Positions 63,076 through 64,000 of a DNA stretch of 64,000 nucleotides are shown in pieces; position 1 is the first letter of the stretch, and every line of letters begins with the position of its first letter. The stretch covers positions 1-64,000 of the IMG/VR virus record IMGVR_UViG_3300006204_000008; one strand, given 5' to 3'. The notes below the pieces were generated by a model, which was not told the DNA's origin, did not search any database, and worked only from the letters and a program-made list of their open reading frames with translations. The position numbers were made by a program, and so were the translations under genes. The stretch comes from a virus. Lineage: Duplodnaviria > Caudoviricetes.

Positions 63076-63762
63076 ATGGCTTACGTTGCCCCCAAGTGGA
63101 AGAACAGCGGACCGCCCGCCTTGGACGCTGCCGCGCTGCAAGCGATTTCTGATACATTGGCGAAAGTGCCCATTGAAAATGGTGGGACTGGGGCTACCAG
63201 CGCTGCGGCTGCCCTCCATGCACTCATCAGTGCAGTCGAAGGAGTGAATGAAACGGGGATCACTTCCAGTTCCCGTATCCCATTTGATGTTTGGCCAGAT
63301 GGCCCTGCGAAATATATAACAGCGAATGGACTCGGAAGGTACTTTGCAAGAAATGTTGATGGCCTGATGATGCAGGTTGGTTCCTATGTCGGGACAGGGC
63401 TTTATGGAAGTGGTAACCATAACACGCTTACTTTCACCATGTATCCTAAATTTGTTTGGCTGTTTGGGATGTGTAATTCCAGTTATACAAGTGGAATAGG
63501 CACCAAACTTAGTCTGATAGGAATCAACGACGGGGGAGATAACAACACCATTTATTCGACAGCACCTGGATGGTATGTGTCTGGGTACAAACAAGAACAA
63601 GGATTTTGGTATAAATCTTCTTCTACATATTCATATGGGCGTGAACAAAGTATATCAACCGGAGATGGCAGAGTGAGATCTTTAAGATGGTATAACACAC
63701 AAAGTGCATCTGCACAGCTTAATCAAAGCTCAACGAGGTATATATGGCTTGCTTTGGGCTGA
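63076..63762 (+). CDS. Cassette 6 putative receptor-binding protein (canonical tail-fibre position)
   Basis: MAYVAPKWKNSGPPALDAAALQAISD; GSYVGTGLYGS..NTLTF...WY...QLN...YIWLALG. Confidence 0.7.
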   Translation: MAYVAPKWKNSGPPALDAAALQAISDTLAKVPIENGGTGATSAAAALHALISAVEGVNETGITSSSRIPFDVWPDGPAKYITANGLGRYFARNVDGLMMQVGSYVGTGLYGSGNHNTLTFTMYPKFVWLFGMCNSSYTSGIGTKLSLIGINDGGDNNTIYSTAPGWYVSGYKQEQGFWYKSSSTYSYGREQSISTGDGRVRSLRWYNTQSASAQLNQSSTRYIWLALG

Positions 63763-63807
63763 GCTTCGAATCCTGCTACAGATAAATGATTGAGAGGGGG
63801 AAAACGT

Positions 63808-64000
63808 ATGAAGAAAACAGAACCGATCGGCACCCTGCGCTTCAAAGACGGAACGGACGTTGAAGTGACAGGGGAGAACAACCGCTACTGGCTGTGTCAG
63901 TACGGGCAGTTCCGCAAGAACAACCCGGCAATCGAAGGCTTCACCCCGCCTTCTAAGAAGCCGAGGCGGAGCGAACCGGACTTTGAAGCGTTAGGGGAGG
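63808..64000 (+). CDS. Hypothetical protein, truncated by the window end
   Basis: GAGGGGG SD and ATG; open to the end of the window. Confidence 0.5.
   Translation, partial: MKKTEPIGTLRFKDGTDVEVTGENNRYWLCQYGQFRKNNPAIEGFTPPSKKPRRSEPDFEALGE

Noticed and set aside
34291-63762. Diversity-generating retroelement acting on the repeated tail genes
   Set aside because: No reverse transcriptase or template/variable repeat pair in the window; differences between cassette copies are synonymous or wholesale, not adenine-specific. A DGR elsewhere in the genome cannot be excluded.
13261-63762. Shufflon or invertible tail-fibre locus driven by the tyrosine recombinase
   Set aside because: All cassettes are on the same strand, are many kb apart, and each has its own leader and start; no inverted crossover sites are evident.
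1-64000. CRISPR array or cas genes
   Set aside because: No regularly spaced direct repeats with unique spacers and no cas-like ORFs.

Overview
A 64-kb segment of a large tailed phage or prophage. It is probably a siphovirus with SPbeta-like morphogenesis genes, infecting a GC-rich gut Clostridia host (Oscillospiraceae-like; inferred). Layout: (1) 1-12.3 kb, replication and DNA modification (DnaD-like initiator, DnaC-like loader, IscS cysteine desulfurase, Gp37/Gp68 radical-SAM-like protein, C5 methyltransferase, SNF2-methyltransferase fusion, HNH and PLD nucleases). (2) 12.4-28 kb, accessory region (catalytically dead Rep_1 homologue, ATP-grasp-like gene, tyrosine recombinase, lipoprotein and SLH morons, tRNA-like element, polyvalent protein, twister-sister and hammerhead ribozymes, XRE switch with four operators). 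(3) 29.2-64 kb, virion genes, with the terminase-portal block unusually placed between the tape measure and distal tail genes. The main signal is a family of six dispersed cassettes plus one remnant. Each is a short leader ORF with a G9-G11 tract ahead of a putative receptor-binding protein gene with a shared N-terminus and a variable C-terminus. After each tract, two reading frames stop within 2-7 codons, while the third runs on to overlap the downstream start codon. In five of the six, a hairpin with an anti-Shine-Dalgarno-like loop follows. This looks like a bank of alternative host-range proteins under homopolymer-length translational switches. A second repeated element (sigma-A promoter, 31-nt hairpin motif, intrinsic terminator) precedes three structural operons. 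All family assignments come from motif recognition by eye; no database searches were run.
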